A stretch of DNA of 64,000 nucleotides from Parcubacteria group bacterium (lineage in GTDB: Bacteria; Patescibacteriota; Minisyncoccia; Phycocordibacterales; Phycocordibacteraceae): assembly GCA_028286605.1 (NCBI GenBank), contig JAQBRE010000002.1:191720-255719 (forward strand), read 5' to 3'. Position 1 is the stretch's first letter. Each line of letters starts with the position of its first letter. Below, one piece after another: positions 9,369 to 18,799 of this stretch. Made by a program: the position numbers and the translations under genes. Under the pieces are notes generated by a model, which saw only the letters and a list, made by a program, of their open reading frames with translations, ran no database searches and was not told the origin of the DNA.

Positions 9369-9851
9369 TTACGAAGTTATCGTTACCGTCCCGCCGTCAG
9401 ATGCCTGTATATGGTTGTGGAAGGTGAACGTGCCTATCTTGTTGAACGTAAAGCTGTAGACCGTACCTGGATCAACCGCCGTACATTCGTCAAAGCTGCC
9501 ATTATTGTTCGTGCCATTCGTGCAGTGCTGCTGTTCCGTCGTACCATCATATGTGGTGTGCGTAGGATGATTACCTGCAGCGACCCACATTTTGTGCGAA
9601 GAATTGTTTACGAAGCGTACGGTCGTGCCGAGCTTTACGGTGAAGGTAGCAGGTGAGAAGCCTTTATCGGTATACGTTACGACGGTAGGGGTGGCACCGG
9701 TTGAAGAAGCGTTCGTGCTAACAGCCGGAGTAGTGGGTGTTGCTTCCACAGGCATTGGGGCTGCCGCTGAATGGCTAGCGAACAGGAAGTATCCGCCGAC
9801 TCCAAGAATGAGTACTACTATGACGGCGATAATGATGTTGGTATTGGACAT
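9369..9851 (-). CDS. Membrane-anchored secreted protein, possible cupredoxin-like fold
   Basis: Has an N-terminal TM then a Thr/Pro-rich linker. The C-terminal ~100 aa are beta-rich with His/Cys/His/Met candidates: HKMW, HPTH, two Cys, HNH. Confidence 0.45.
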   Translation of the reverse strand: MSNTNIIIAVIVVLILGVGGYFLFASHSAAAPMPVEATPTTPAVSTNASSTGATPTVVTYTDKGFSPATFTVKLGTTVRFVNNSSHKMWVAAGNHPTHTTYDGTTEQQHCTNGTNNNGSFDECTAVDPGTVYSFTFNKIGTFTFHNHIQASDGGTVTITS

Positions 9852-9959
9852 ACGTTTCAGATTAGCTAATGGATATATTCTACAGGGCGTGTCTTTACGT
9901 TCGTTTCAGTGGTCATATGAACAGTATATCCTCTAGAAGTGAGAGGAAGATTAAGACTG

Positions 9960-11927
9960 CTACTGATTATTTATTGCAGCACGGGTAATCGAACCGAAAT
10001 ACCCTGTTGCAGGCGAAATGTTATGTGCTTTCTGGAATCGCGCGAGTGCCGTCTGCGTTGCCGGACCAAATGTTGTCGTCTCTTTGCCTGGTGAACCTGC
10101 ACCCGATGCTGCAATGGCATATCCATGTACATTGAGCCACTGCTGAAGTGCACGTACATCTTCACCTGTTGAATCGATAGTGAGATCATGCATGAACGTA
10201 GCAGTTCCAGTAGCAGTTACCGCAGCTGACGGCAGAGATGATCCATTCCCCGCAATTGCTGCACGAGTAACCGCTCCGAAGTACCCAACAGCGGGAGAGA
10301 TACCGCGTGCTTTCTGGAATCGCGCGAGTGCAGCCTGCGTGAGTGCTCCAAAATATCCGGTATTATTTCCTGCTGTCAGATAGCCTCCCTGTATCAGGAA
10401 ATTCTGAAGGCTCGTAACATCGCTGCCGGTAGATTTCACATCAAGATTTCGTATGAACGGCGCCGACACCGAAACGCCAGAGCCGCCCTGCGATGAACCA
10501 CCTGGCGGACTATATGCAGGGCCACTACCGCTGAAATGACCTGGGACGATAACAATAGGAGCAACAACAGACGGTGTTACTGTGGTTGTAAATGTCTGGT
10601 CGCTCGACGTACTCGTATTGCCTGAGGCATCCGCGGAAACGACACGGAAATGGTAGATCGTCGAAGCCGTAAGAGCAGAGAGGGAACTGAGGTGCGAGCT
10701 GACTAGCGTTGCTGATGTAGAGACGCTGCCGTATCCAGCAGTAACCCCATAATCAACTATTGATGTCGCAGCTTCATCGGTCGTCCAATGAATCGTTGCT
10801 GCCTGATCAGATGGATTGGCAGAGATGCTGCTGATTGCCGGAGGGGTAGTGTCTGGCGTTGTGTTATTAACCGTGACGTTCGTTACGGTGGTTGTGGCGT
10901 AGTTATTTGAAGTGTCGCGAGCAACCGCACTGAACGCGTGTATCCCGTTACTTAGCATCGTACTATCGAAGTTCACCGTGTATGGGAATACCGTATCTTC
11001 TGTCCCTATGAGTGTCGTGTCAGCATAAAATTTCACACCAGCAACCGCAATGTTGTCTGACGCGGTTGCTGCGAAAACTACACTGCTTCCTGATACGGTG
11101 CTGCCGTTTATAGGAGCGCTTATGGTGATAGCGGGTGGCGTTGTGTCGGGTGTTACTGCTGTCGTGAATATTTGATCGCTCGAAGTCGTAACGTTATTCG
11201 AAAGGTCCGCAGATGCGACTTGAAAATGATAAGTCGTATTTGCCGCTAATCCACTAAGGAGTAACGAGTGCGAAGTGACGAAGGTTGCAGACGTTGAAGC
11301 AGCGCCATACGAAATAGTCGTGCCGTAGGAAACGCTAGAGGAAGCTGCTTCATCAGTCGTCCAAGTTATGGTTGCCGTTGCCTGGCCAGGGGTGCCAGAC
11401 GAAATCGCGGTGATAACCGGTGGCGTGGTATCTGGCACCGCTGCTGTCTTAAGCGTAAGGTCGGACGACGTCGCGGTGTTACTGAGAGCATCAGCAGACT
11501 GCACGCGGAAGTGGTAGGTCGTGTTCGCGGTAAGGCCGGTAATCGTTATGGAGTGTGATGTGGCGAGCGCTACAGACGTTGAAGCAGTGCCGTATAAAGC
11601 CGTCGTACCGATATCGATGCGTGAATTCGCGTTCTCATCGGTCGTCCACGTGATGGTCGCGCCAGTTTGAGATGTACTCGACGCAATATTCGTGAGTACC
11701 GGTGGGGTAACGTCTACGACGAGACCTCCATAATTTCCGCTTCCATACGTGCCGTTGCCATATGCGGTGTCCGCAAAACTAGTATGTGGAAAAGCAAACG
11801 ATAAAACGAAGAAGCAAGCCGCAACGAGCGCAGGTGTGAAAACGCTATTTCGCTTATGCTTGCTTGCCACCATACGTACCAGCTCCGTATCCCGCGGAAG
11901 CAATCGGGGCGGCCTTCTTTGAAGCAC
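9960..11927 (-). CDS. Cell-surface protein with four fibronectin-III-like repeats and two C-terminal peptidoglycan-binding (PG_binding_1-like) domains (probable start MVASKHK at 11873)
   Basis: Has a signal peptide. A ~95-aa unit (TITWTTDE...YG.T..YG...TSHS...GL.ANTTYHFRV.SAD.S.N) recurs four times. Two C-terminal repeats of L..FL...GY......GYFG..T..A...FQ follow. Confidence 0.7.
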   Translation of the reverse strand: MLQRRPPRLLPRDTELVRMVASKHKRNSVFTPALVAACFFVLSFAFPHTSFADTAYGNGTYGSGNYGGLVVDVTPPVLTNIASSTSQTGATITWTTDENANSRIDIGTTALYGTASTSVALATSHSITITGLTANTTYHFRVQSADALSNTATSSDLTLKTAAVPDTTPPVITAISSGTPGQATATITWTTDEAASSSVSYGTTISYGAASTSATFVTSHSLLLSGLAANTTYHFQVASADLSNNVTTSSDQIFTTAVTPDTTPPAITISAPINGSTVSGSSVVFAATASDNIAVAGVKFYADTTLIGTEDTVFPYTVNFDSTMLSNGIHAFSAVARDTSNNYATTTVTNVTVNNTTPDTTPPAISSISANPSDQAATIHWTTDEAATSIVDYGVTAGYGSVSTSATLVSSHLSSLSALTASTIYHFRVVSADASGNTSTSSDQTFTTTVTPSVVAPIVIVPGHFSGSGPAYSPPGGSSQGGSGVSVSAPFIRNLDVKSTGSDVTSLQNFLIQGGYLTAGNNTGYFGALTQAALARFQKARGISPAVGYFGAVTRAAIAGNGSSLPSAAVTATGTATFMHDLTIDSTGEDVRALQQWLNVHGYAIAASGAGSPGKETTTFGPATQTALARFQKAHNISPATGYFGSITRAAINNQ

Positions 11928-12015
11928 CTGGAATGCGAGAGAGAATCATGATACCGATAAGAGAACCGAGTATGATAAGAAATTGCTTGCGCGTAATTTT
12001 TTTATCCATAAAGTT

Positions 12016-12792
12016 TTAACCTTTGTTTCCTAAAGAGTATACAACTCTCCCCAAGAGGATACTAATCTCAAATATAATCAGAGTAGGAACGAGGAACAGC
12101 GAAAGACTGAAAAGATCAGTCGTAGGAGTGAGTATTGAAAGAACGATGATTGCGGTTATGTAGGATACTGCTCGTTTTTTAGCCAGTATCTTCGGATCGA
12201 GTATGCGTGCGAAGGCCAAGATAACCACGACGCTGGGAATTTGGAAAATAAGCGCCATAAGCACCAACTCCATGAGTACGAAATTTATGTACTGTTCAGC
12301 GGTGAAAAAATTCACCACACCTGGAACATGTATCGAGAGGAGGAAATGAACGCTGAGCGGCAAGAGCAGCAGATACGTATATACGGTCGCAGCAACGGCG
12401 AGTACCGCAGATAATACTAGGAACCAAGCTATGAATGTTGTGCTCCGTTTTCCGAATGCGGGCGCAATGAAACGAAACAGACAGAATAAAATAATCGGCA
12501 ATGCGAGCAAGAACCCGCCGAAGAAATCAATCTTAAATATGAAGAGGAGAGGGTCGAGTGGCGAAAGGAATACGAGTGTCTGTGTGCCTAGCGGTGCGAA
12601 GAGCAACTCAATAACCTGAACGTGGAAGAAATGGGTAGCGCATGCGCCAACGATGAAGGCGCCTAACGCAATGAAGAAATAGGTGCGAAGCTCTAAGAGA
12701 TGCTCCCAGATGCTTCGCGCATCATCATTTTTTCTTTCCATCCTTCGTACCTTCCTCAGAAGAGGTGCTGTCCATTTTGGTACCTTCCTCAA
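12016..12792 (-). CDS. tatC: Twin-arginine translocase subunit TatC (probable start MERKNDD at 12741)
   Basis: Has the HLLELR motif, six TM helices and a TatC-like hydrophobicity pattern. Confidence 0.85.
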   Translation of the reverse strand: MRKVPKWTAPLLRKVRRMERKNDDARSIWEHLLELRTYFFIALGAFIVGACATHFFHVQVIELLFAPLGTQTLVFLSPLDPLLFIFKIDFFGGFLLALPIILFCLFRFIAPAFGKRSTTFIAWFLVLSAVLAVAATVYTYLLLLPLSVHFLLSIHVPGVVNFFTAEQYINFVLMELVLMALIFQIPSVVVILAFARILDPKILAKKRAVSYITAIIVLSILTPTTDLFSLSLFLVPTLIIFEISILLGRVVYSLGNKG

Positions 12793-12925
12793 AACCTTTC
12801 TTCAGGTCATGGAATGAACGGCCGATGCTATTAGCAAGACCAGGTAGTTTTTCTTTACCGAAGAATAAAAGAAGAACGAAAAGGATAAGGAGGAGTTCAG
12901 GAACGCCAAGGCCGAAGATGCTCAT
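12725..12925 (-). CDS. tatA: Twin-arginine translocase subunit TatA/E
   Basis: Reads MSIFGLGVPELLLILFVLLLFFG then an amphipathic helix and an acidic tail. Sits immediately upstream of tatC. Confidence 0.8.
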   Translation of the reverse strand: MSIFGLGVPELLLILFVLLLFFGKEKLPGLANSIGRSFHDLKKGFEEGTKMDSTSSEEGTKDGKKK

Positions 12926-13013
12926 AAGATATTAGATTAAATTGACTCATCTATAGTATCTCCAGTCTTTATTGAAAATGCAATATAGAACGCCGTGCTA
13001 GAATTTCGACTAT

Positions 13014-15041
13014 ATGTGGATGCGCCCCGGAGTAATTGCAGCAGCCATGGCAGCGTTGCTGCCTGCTGCTGTTAAGAACGTTTTGAGTGTCTCTGGCGAT
13101 AGTTGGACGGCAGGTAATGAAGCTAAGCAAAGCCGTCTCGGGCAAGGGGTCTTCACGGAAAGCGATCGTTGGGATTATCAGCTTGCTGCACTGCTAGGCA
13201 TTCCTAATTACACCACCCCCGGCCAGACCGGTGTTAGCTCGGGCGTGATAAATGTTGGATATGGGGGCCAGAGCGCACAAACTATTTATACAAATCTTGA
13301 TGCCATCATCACTGCAGATCCGACACGCATGCAGGATACATGGACGTACTTTGGCGGTCGTAATAATGTGGGTGCTGATACGCAGGTCACCGCTATCACT
13401 GCTCAGCAGACTAATTTCATAAATCGCATCACTCATGATCGAAAGATCATTCTTCCCCCTTCTATGGGTGGAGGCCTGGGTGGTACTCCTGACGACTGGG
13501 TTCGTCAGCATCGCGTACAAATATATGACTGGCGAAATTTTAGAAAATACACCTTCAATCACTTCCGTTACTGGTGGGGAATTAGTCCGCATGGCGGATA
13601 TCCGGGTAATGGTGCGCCTGCTGTTGCGGTAATAGTTGGAAGCATTTCAGGTACCACACTAACGGTTGCAAGTGTCACGTCTGGCGCGCTTGCTATAAAT
13701 CAAGCCTTATTTGGCACTGGAGTCACTGCAGGTACCGTTATTACGGCAGGATCAGGTACGACATGGACCGTAAACCTATTGCAGACTGTTGCTACCGGCA
13801 CAACGATATCAACTACTCTGGATACGCGCGATGTTGGAAACCAGAGTATCCTCACTTCTTTATCTAAGAGCGCTGCGGTAGCGCAGGACCATCCGAACTA
13901 TTGGTCCAGTCCTATTATTGCAGCTGCAATGAAGCCTCTTACCCTCGCTCTATGGAATCTGGATGTTTTTGTCCTCGAACAAAGTATTCCCGATGTTGCC
14001 TACGATATGGGTGCGGGCACGACAATAGAAGTGTATTTCAAGGGATACGTAACATCTTGCTCTATTGCCAGCGATGATCCGGTAAATCCTGGTTTCTTTA
14101 CTATTGCAATGAAGCCGAGCAGTACGGATACGGCACTGCTCACTCGAACGTCTGTGTCAGCAGGGAGTATGATTTCGCCGTTGAATCTCCGTATAACGGC
14201 AAACGGTGTCGATACCGGCGGGAATGCCAAGACTCATACGAATGACGTACGAATTCTGCCGAGCGCAATAGGAGCAAGTTCGACGCTGCCTATCGGTGCA
14301 ACGTTCCCGCGAGATACCGTTAATCCGATACAACGATGGCCACGAATGGAATCAGCAGTATCTCCTTTCACGAATGATTCAAAATTCACCATCGCGATCT
14401 GCTGGAAGCCAGGCGAAGATAATTCGAACATGAATATCTGGGTCAACTCCGGTATCGTTATCAATCGTGCGGTCGGCTCGACAAACAGACTAGCAGTTGT
14501 AATCAGAGATACTGCAGCAAGTAACAGGGTAAACTGGACGAGCGTCAGTACGAATTTCAATATTGCAGGCGGTGAGACTTGGATACTTCTTTCAGTCGAC
14601 CTTGGTGCTGCTACGCCTGTGGCGAATATGTATTCGGTACGTGCTGGCTCAGTGGTGAATATCGCATCCGGCCTGACGCAGCCGACCGTGGGTACTGGAT
14701 TGGTCGGACTGGGAACCAGTACGCCGTTTATGTTCAGTTCGACCGTAGGAGGAGCCTCATCTTTTAAGGGCTCTATAAAATCTGTCTGGGCTGCGCAGGG
14801 AGTCTATTTCGATTTCTCACAGACTTCCAACGTAGACCTTTTCGTTAATCACACGACCGGTGTTCCGACTGACCTTGGCTCTAATGGTTCAACAGGTACA
14901 GGCGTTACTCCGCAGGTCTATTTTCGGGGCACTCCGGGTGACTGGATTACTGGTAAGAATTTTGGTTCAGGCACAGACTGGACTCTGCAGGACAACTGGC
15001 TTTCAGGTGAAGCGCAGTCTTCGCAACCAACTTCATATTAA
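13014..15041 (+). CDS. Large secreted protein with an SGNH/GDSL-like N-terminal region and beta-rich C-terminal region (tail-fibre/receptor-binding-like)
   Basis: Has an N-terminal hydrophobic segment then SVSGDSW (GDS block) and GGRNN (GxND-like block). The rest is Thr/Ser/Gly/Asn-rich beta-type sequence. Confidence 0.5.
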   Translation: MWMRPGVIAAAMAALLPAAVKNVLSVSGDSWTAGNEAKQSRLGQGVFTESDRWDYQLAALLGIPNYTTPGQTGVSSGVINVGYGGQSAQTIYTNLDAIITADPTRMQDTWTYFGGRNNVGADTQVTAITAQQTNFINRITHDRKIILPPSMGGGLGGTPDDWVRQHRVQIYDWRNFRKYTFNHFRYWWGISPHGGYPGNGAPAVAVIVGSISGTTLTVASVTSGALAINQALFGTGVTAGTVITAGSGTTWTVNLLQTVATGTTISTTLDTRDVGNQSILTSLSKSAAVAQDHPNYWSSPIIAAAMKPLTLALWNLDVFVLEQSIPDVAYDMGAGTTIEVYFKGYVTSCSIASDDPVNPGFFTIAMKPSSTDTALLTRTSVSAGSMISPLNLRITANGVDTGGNAKTHTNDVRILPSAIGASSTLPIGATFPRDTVNPIQRWPRMESAVSPFTNDSKFTIAICWKPGEDNSNMNIWVNSGIVINRAVGSTNRLAVVIRDTAASNRVNWTSVSTNFNIAGGETWILLSVDLGAATPVANMYSVRAGSVVNIASGLTQPTVGTGLVGLGTSTPFMFSSTVGGASSFKGSIKSVWAAQGVYFDFSQTSNVDLFVNHTTGVPTDLGSNGSTGTGVTPQVYFRGTPGDWITGKNFGSGTDWTLQDNWLSGEAQSSQPTSY

Positions 15042-15060
15042 TTTGATATAATTTACAGAC

Positions 15061-15444
15061 ATGGCAAATCTACCAACACCAGGCTCAGACAGTGGTACAT
15101 GGGGTAATACGCTCAATACGTATCTTCTCATCGGACATGATGCGTCGGGGAATAATGTTGGCGGCCTGATCGTAGAGGCGACGAAGAGCGGATCGTATAC
15201 GCTCACGACGGCAAACAACAGTCAGCGTATCGTGGCGACATCAGCGATAACCATTACCGTTCCGACGACCGGTACCCTTGGAAACGGTTTCGAATGCGAA
15301 ATCGTAAATGATAGCGGCGGTAGCGTTATCATTGATGGACCTGGTGCTACGAATGTGACCATGGCAGACGGGGAAGTTGCCTGCTTCCTTGAGGTGAATG
15401 GCAAGCAGCGTGTGGTGAAGGGTTCAAGCACCATAATCTCGTAA
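15061..15444 (+). CDS. Small protein with a phage minor-tail/tail-fibre-like N-terminus
   Basis: Its N-terminus MANLPTPGSDSGTWGNTLNTYL resembles the conserved P.PG..D...WG..LN..L opening of actinophage minor tail proteins, recalled from memory. Confidence 0.45.
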   Translation: MANLPTPGSDSGTWGNTLNTYLLIGHDASGNNVGGLIVEATKSGSYTLTTANNSQRIVATSAITITVPTTGTLGNGFECEIVNDSGGSVIIDGPGATNVTMADGEVACFLEVNGKQRVVKGSSTIIS

Positions 15445-15467
15445 TCGAAGCTCGTTTATATGTATGA

Positions 15468-15500
15468 AAACAAGACCGCGTTCGCGGTCTTGTTTCTTAG
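15468..15500. terminator. Bidirectional rho-independent terminator
   Basis: A near-perfect hairpin AAACAAGACCGCG/CGCGGTCTTGTTT is followed by TCTT. Confidence 0.55.
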
Positions 15501-15587
15501 CGGAGACGGAGGGATTCGAACCCTCGAAGGGTTTAACCCCTTACATCGTTAGCAGTGATGCGCCTTCGACCACTCGGCCACGTCTCC
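15501..15587 (-). tRNA. tRNA-Ser (anticodon GCU), long variable arm
   Basis: Has acceptor GGAGACG/CGUCUCC, U8, a 3-bp D-stem, anticodon loop CUGCUAA, a long variable arm UAAGGGGUUAAACCCUUCG, T-arm GAGGG-UUCGAAU-CCCUC and discriminator G. Confidence 0.85.
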
Positions 15588-15603
15588 GTTCAGCTACTAT
15601 ATG

Positions 15604-16221
15604 TCACGTTGCGTATCTATTCAAATGTTTCGGATTGTGGGAGGAAATGACCCTAAAGTAGGCTTTCAAGTCCGCTTTGCTTTCTAGACGAACTCCATTA
15701 CGACTAGAAAATCTTGGACACATCCCAAGTTCTTTAAAGAACGTATATACAGTCTTACGAAGAGGTTCCGATGCACTACTAAAATCAAGCTTCTTATACG
15801 TGTATCGTTTACCTTTGGAAATATATGAATGATCGAATACGCAGCCGTCTGTATCTACCAATCCGCGAATACACGCGATAAGAAATTTAGGATTTTCTTT
15901 AATCCAGCAAGGAATATCAATTTGTGAATGTGTTTTATTTCCTTTAGGTAGTCCTGCGCTATGCAAAAAACGAACTAGTTCAATTCTGGATATTACAAGA
16001 TCATTTACAGACCGGGTAGGTCTTTTTTGAATATGCGGCTCGATAGCAAATAATTTTTGTATGAGATTACTTACGTATCTTGAGTATTCAAGGTCATTTG
16101 TGTGATGAAGACTTATCTTTACTTGATATTTGGATATGTTTCCATCGCCAATCATGATTCCTATGAATTCTGCGAGTTCAATGCTTTTTTCTGGTTGCTG
16201 TATGCGCTTAGTCCAGACCAT
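15604..16221 (-). CDS. LAGLIDADG homing endonuclease, two-motif (205 aa)
   Basis: Has two LAGLIDADG-type motifs, IGIMIGDGNIS and IRGLVDTDGCV. Lies 16 nt upstream of tRNA-Ser on the same strand. Confidence 0.75.
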   Translation of the reverse strand: MVWTKRIQQPEKSIELAEFIGIMIGDGNISKYQVKISLHHTNDLEYSRYVSNLIQKLFAIEPHIQKRPTRSVNDLVISRIELVRFLHSAGLPKGNKTHSQIDIPCWIKENPKFLIACIRGLVDTDGCVFDHSYISKGKRYTYKKLDFSSASEPLRKTVYTFFKELGMCPRFSSRNGVRLESKADLKAYFRVISSHNPKHLNRYAT

Positions 16222-16223
16222 AC

Positions 16224-16850
16224 TTATGGGGAGTGAGCCAAGGCGACGGGTGCGATGCGTACGGCACCGGCGGCCTGAAGTGCTTGTATACAGGCGGAAA
16301 GAGCGGCTCCGGTGGTGGTAACATCGTCTACGACTATATATAAGGTATGCGGATCAGGCGTTCGGATCAGTGTGAAGGCACCTTCCAAATTAGCTCGGCG
16401 GCCTTGGCCGCCGAGCCCGGTTTGTGGCGGCGTGTCGCGAATGCGCTGCAGCAGGCCCGTATCGATTGTGGTGTTGGATTTTAATGTACGTAGCGCAGCT
16501 CTACATATGAGTTCGGCCTGGTTATAGCCGCGCTCGCGAAGACGCTTGCGCGAAAGTGGCACAGGAAGCAGTACACACGGCCGCTCGCCCATACTAGATC
16601 CAAGATAATCTGCAAGAATCCCACCGAGCGCTTCTTGTGCCTGGCGCGCATTATGAAACTTCGCTTCAGTAATAGCGGCCTGTACGAGCAAATTACGATA
16701 GGGGAGTAGTGAGGTGACCTGCGGGGTTGTGGACGCGATGCGTATGGGATGCACGAGCACGGCGAGCGCTTCATGGGAAACAGAGCGGGCGCGAAGCGCC
16801 CGTTGTTTCGGTGGAAACAATATATCAAGCATTGCCGTGAGTAATCGCAT
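16224..16850 (-). CDS. comFC: ComF-family phosphoribosyltransferase-domain protein (ComFC-like)
   Basis: Has YNQAELI and the PRTase motif IVVDDVTTTGAA. Divergent from the pilus operon. Confidence 0.75.
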   Translation of the reverse strand: MRLLTAMLDILFPPKQRALRARSVSHEALAVLVHPIRIASTTPQVTSLLPYRNLLVQAAITEAKFHNARQAQEALGGILADYLGSSMGERPCVLLPVPLSRKRLRERGYNQAELICRAALRTLKSNTTIDTGLLQRIRDTPPQTGLGGQGRRANLEGAFTLIRTPDPHTLYIVVDDVTTTGAALSACIQALQAAGAVRIAPVALAHSP

Positions 16851-16986
16851 CTATTCATGCTATCCAGTTCCTTATCCACAGTCTTCATATAGCAGCTGCA
16901 TAGCGTGAATAGATTTTCAGATTTTCACTATGCTAATTTCATTTTTTCTTGAAGTTGGAAAAGCGAGCAGATGATACAATGCCTGC

Positions 16987-18075
16987 ATGACATTGTTCGG
17001 AAACTTATTCGGCGGCAGCAAGAAAAGCAAGAGCGTCATCGGTCTTGATATCGGTTCTTCTTCGTTGAAGGTGGTACAACTACGTCGTGACGGAGAGACA
17101 GCCGTACTTGAAACCTATGGAGAGCTTGCGCTCGGCCCCTATGCTGGCGGCGAAGCGGGGCAGGCAACGAACCTTCCTGCAGACAAGATCGCAGAGACAC
17201 TGAAGGATCTTCTGCGTGAATCAAGCGTAACGACGACGGATTCAGGCATTTCAATTCCGTTTTCTCGTTCACTCCTTACGCTCGTTGAACTTCCGTACCG
17301 CGAAGACCCGAACGAACAGAAGACGATGATCGAACTTGAGGCTCGTAAATACATTCCGGTGCCGGTCTCAGAAGTGCAACTGGACTGGTTCATCGTTCCA
17401 GAACCGCCGACGGCTAATGGCGAGAAACCGACAAAGATGAAGGTGCTTATCGTTGCAGTTCATAACGACCAGCTTGCGCTCCTGCAGACGGTTATTGCGG
17501 GTGCGGGTCTCACGGCAAGCTTTTACGAGATAGAAATATTCAGCACGATACGTTCAGTGGTGGATGAGCCCCTGTTACCAGTGCTCGTGCTTGATATCGG
17601 CGCGTCCGCGACGAAAGTGTACGTGGTCGAGCATGGTGTGGTGGCTCTTTCGCACAATATTCCTCAGGGCGGGCAGGATGTGACGCGCACGATAGCCACA
17701 GCGAATGGCTATTCGGTTTCCCAGGCAGAAGCGCTTAAGAAGGAGCACGGGTTTGCAGACGGAAAAGGTGTCTACGAGCGAAAGACGATCGAACTTATCT
17801 TCTCCCGCATCTTCGAAGAGACGAAACGCGTACTTACGCAATATGAAACGACGCATCAAAAGACTATTTCCGTTATCGTCCTTACCGGCGGCGGCGGCGT
17901 TACCAAGGATCTTGCCGTATATGCGAAGGAATTCTTCTCACTAGATGTAAAGCTTGCGGATCCGTTCGGAAAAACGCAGGCGCCTGCATTCATGCGTCCG
18001 GTACTTGAAGAGATTGGCCCTGAATTCGCAGTCGCAGTCGGTGTTGCACTACGAAAACTCGAAGAGACGGGTTAG
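16987..18075 (+). CDS. pilM: Type IV pilus assembly protein PilM (actin-like ATPase)
   Basis: Has IGLDIGSSSLKVVQL and an actin/FtsA-like fold pattern. First gene of the pilus cluster. Confidence 0.85.
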   Translation: MTLFGNLFGGSKKSKSVIGLDIGSSSLKVVQLRRDGETAVLETYGELALGPYAGGEAGQATNLPADKIAETLKDLLRESSVTTTDSGISIPFSRSLLTLVELPYREDPNEQKTMIELEARKYIPVPVSEVQLDWFIVPEPPTANGEKPTKMKVLIVAVHNDQLALLQTVIAGAGLTASFYEIEIFSTIRSVVDEPLLPVLVLDIGASATKVYVVEHGVVALSHNIPQGGQDVTRTIATANGYSVSQAEALKKEHGFADGKGVYERKTIELIFSRIFEETKRVLTQYETTHQKTISVIVLTGGGGVTKDLAVYAKEFFSLDVKLADPFGKTQAPAFMRPVLEEIGPEFAVAVGVALRKLEETG

Positions 18076-18097
18076 ATGTGCATAACCACGTACGCCT

Positions 18098-18799
18098 GTG
18101 CGCAAGTTATGTCGTATACTGCAATCTGTGGCACTCTCTCCCGGTATCCCGACATCATTCGTTCCGAAGCAGCCTGTACAGACACCTAAGCGAAAGGTGA
18201 GTCCAGGCAGTAATGTGTTCCTGCTCGCGTCACTGGCTATTGCGGGAATCTCTATCCTTGCCGCTGGCGCTGTCTTCGGATACGGGCAATATCTTTCTCA
18301 TCTTGAAACAGCGAAAGCTGCGGAACTGAAGCAGGAACAGGACTCCGTCAATGCGGATACGCTGAAAGACTATCTTCGCCTTAAGGACCGCTTCCAGTCC
18401 GGCGAATCACTGCTCGATAATCACATCATCCTTTCTGGATTCTTCAATGAGCTAGAGCAGCTTACGTTGCAGAACGTACAATTCACGACGCTCACTATAG
18501 CGGTTGCAGGAGATGGAACGGCTAAAGTAAGCATGGATGGAACGGCCAAGAATTTTAATGCACTTGCCGTTCAGTCGAACTCGGTCGCCGCGGACCCTCT
18601 GTTCAAGAGCGCTATCTTCTCAGGCATCGCATTTGATACGAATAATCGAATCAAATTCGTCCTTACGGCGAATATCGATCCCACGTTGATTCATGTAACT
18701 CAAAAACAGGCTCTTGCTGCGCCGGCAGTACCGGTTCAGCAGGTGGCGCCAGCTCCCGTAACCCCTGCAGCAACAAGCACCGCAACAACAACGCTATGA
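18098..18799 (+). CDS. pilN: PilN-like pilus assembly protein
   Basis: Single TM then a coiled-coil/periplasmic domain, positioned after pilM. Confidence 0.6.
   Translation: MRKLCRILQSVALSPGIPTSFVPKQPVQTPKRKVSPGSNVFLLASLAIAGISILAAGAVFGYGQYLSHLETAKAAELKQEQDSVNADTLKDYLRLKDRFQSGESLLDNHIILSGFFNELEQLTLQNVQFTTLTIAVAGDGTAKVSMDGTAKNFNALAVQSNSVAADPLFKSAIFSGIAFDTNNRIKFVLTANIDPTLIHVTQKQALAAPAVPVQQVAPAPVTPAATSTATTTL

Noticed and set aside
10500-11800. Nucleotide repeats inside the FN3 protein gene as a CRISPR array or DGR variable/template repeat pair.
   Set aside because: The repeats are about 280 nt, in-frame protein-domain repeats with no spacers. No reverse transcriptase or cas genes occur in the window.
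15501-15587. Whether tRNA-Ser is interrupted or truncated by the adjacent LAGLIDADG gene.
   Set aside because: A complete cloverleaf is present: 7-bp acceptor, long variable arm, T-arm and discriminator. There is only a single A31-C39 mismatch in the anticodon stem.
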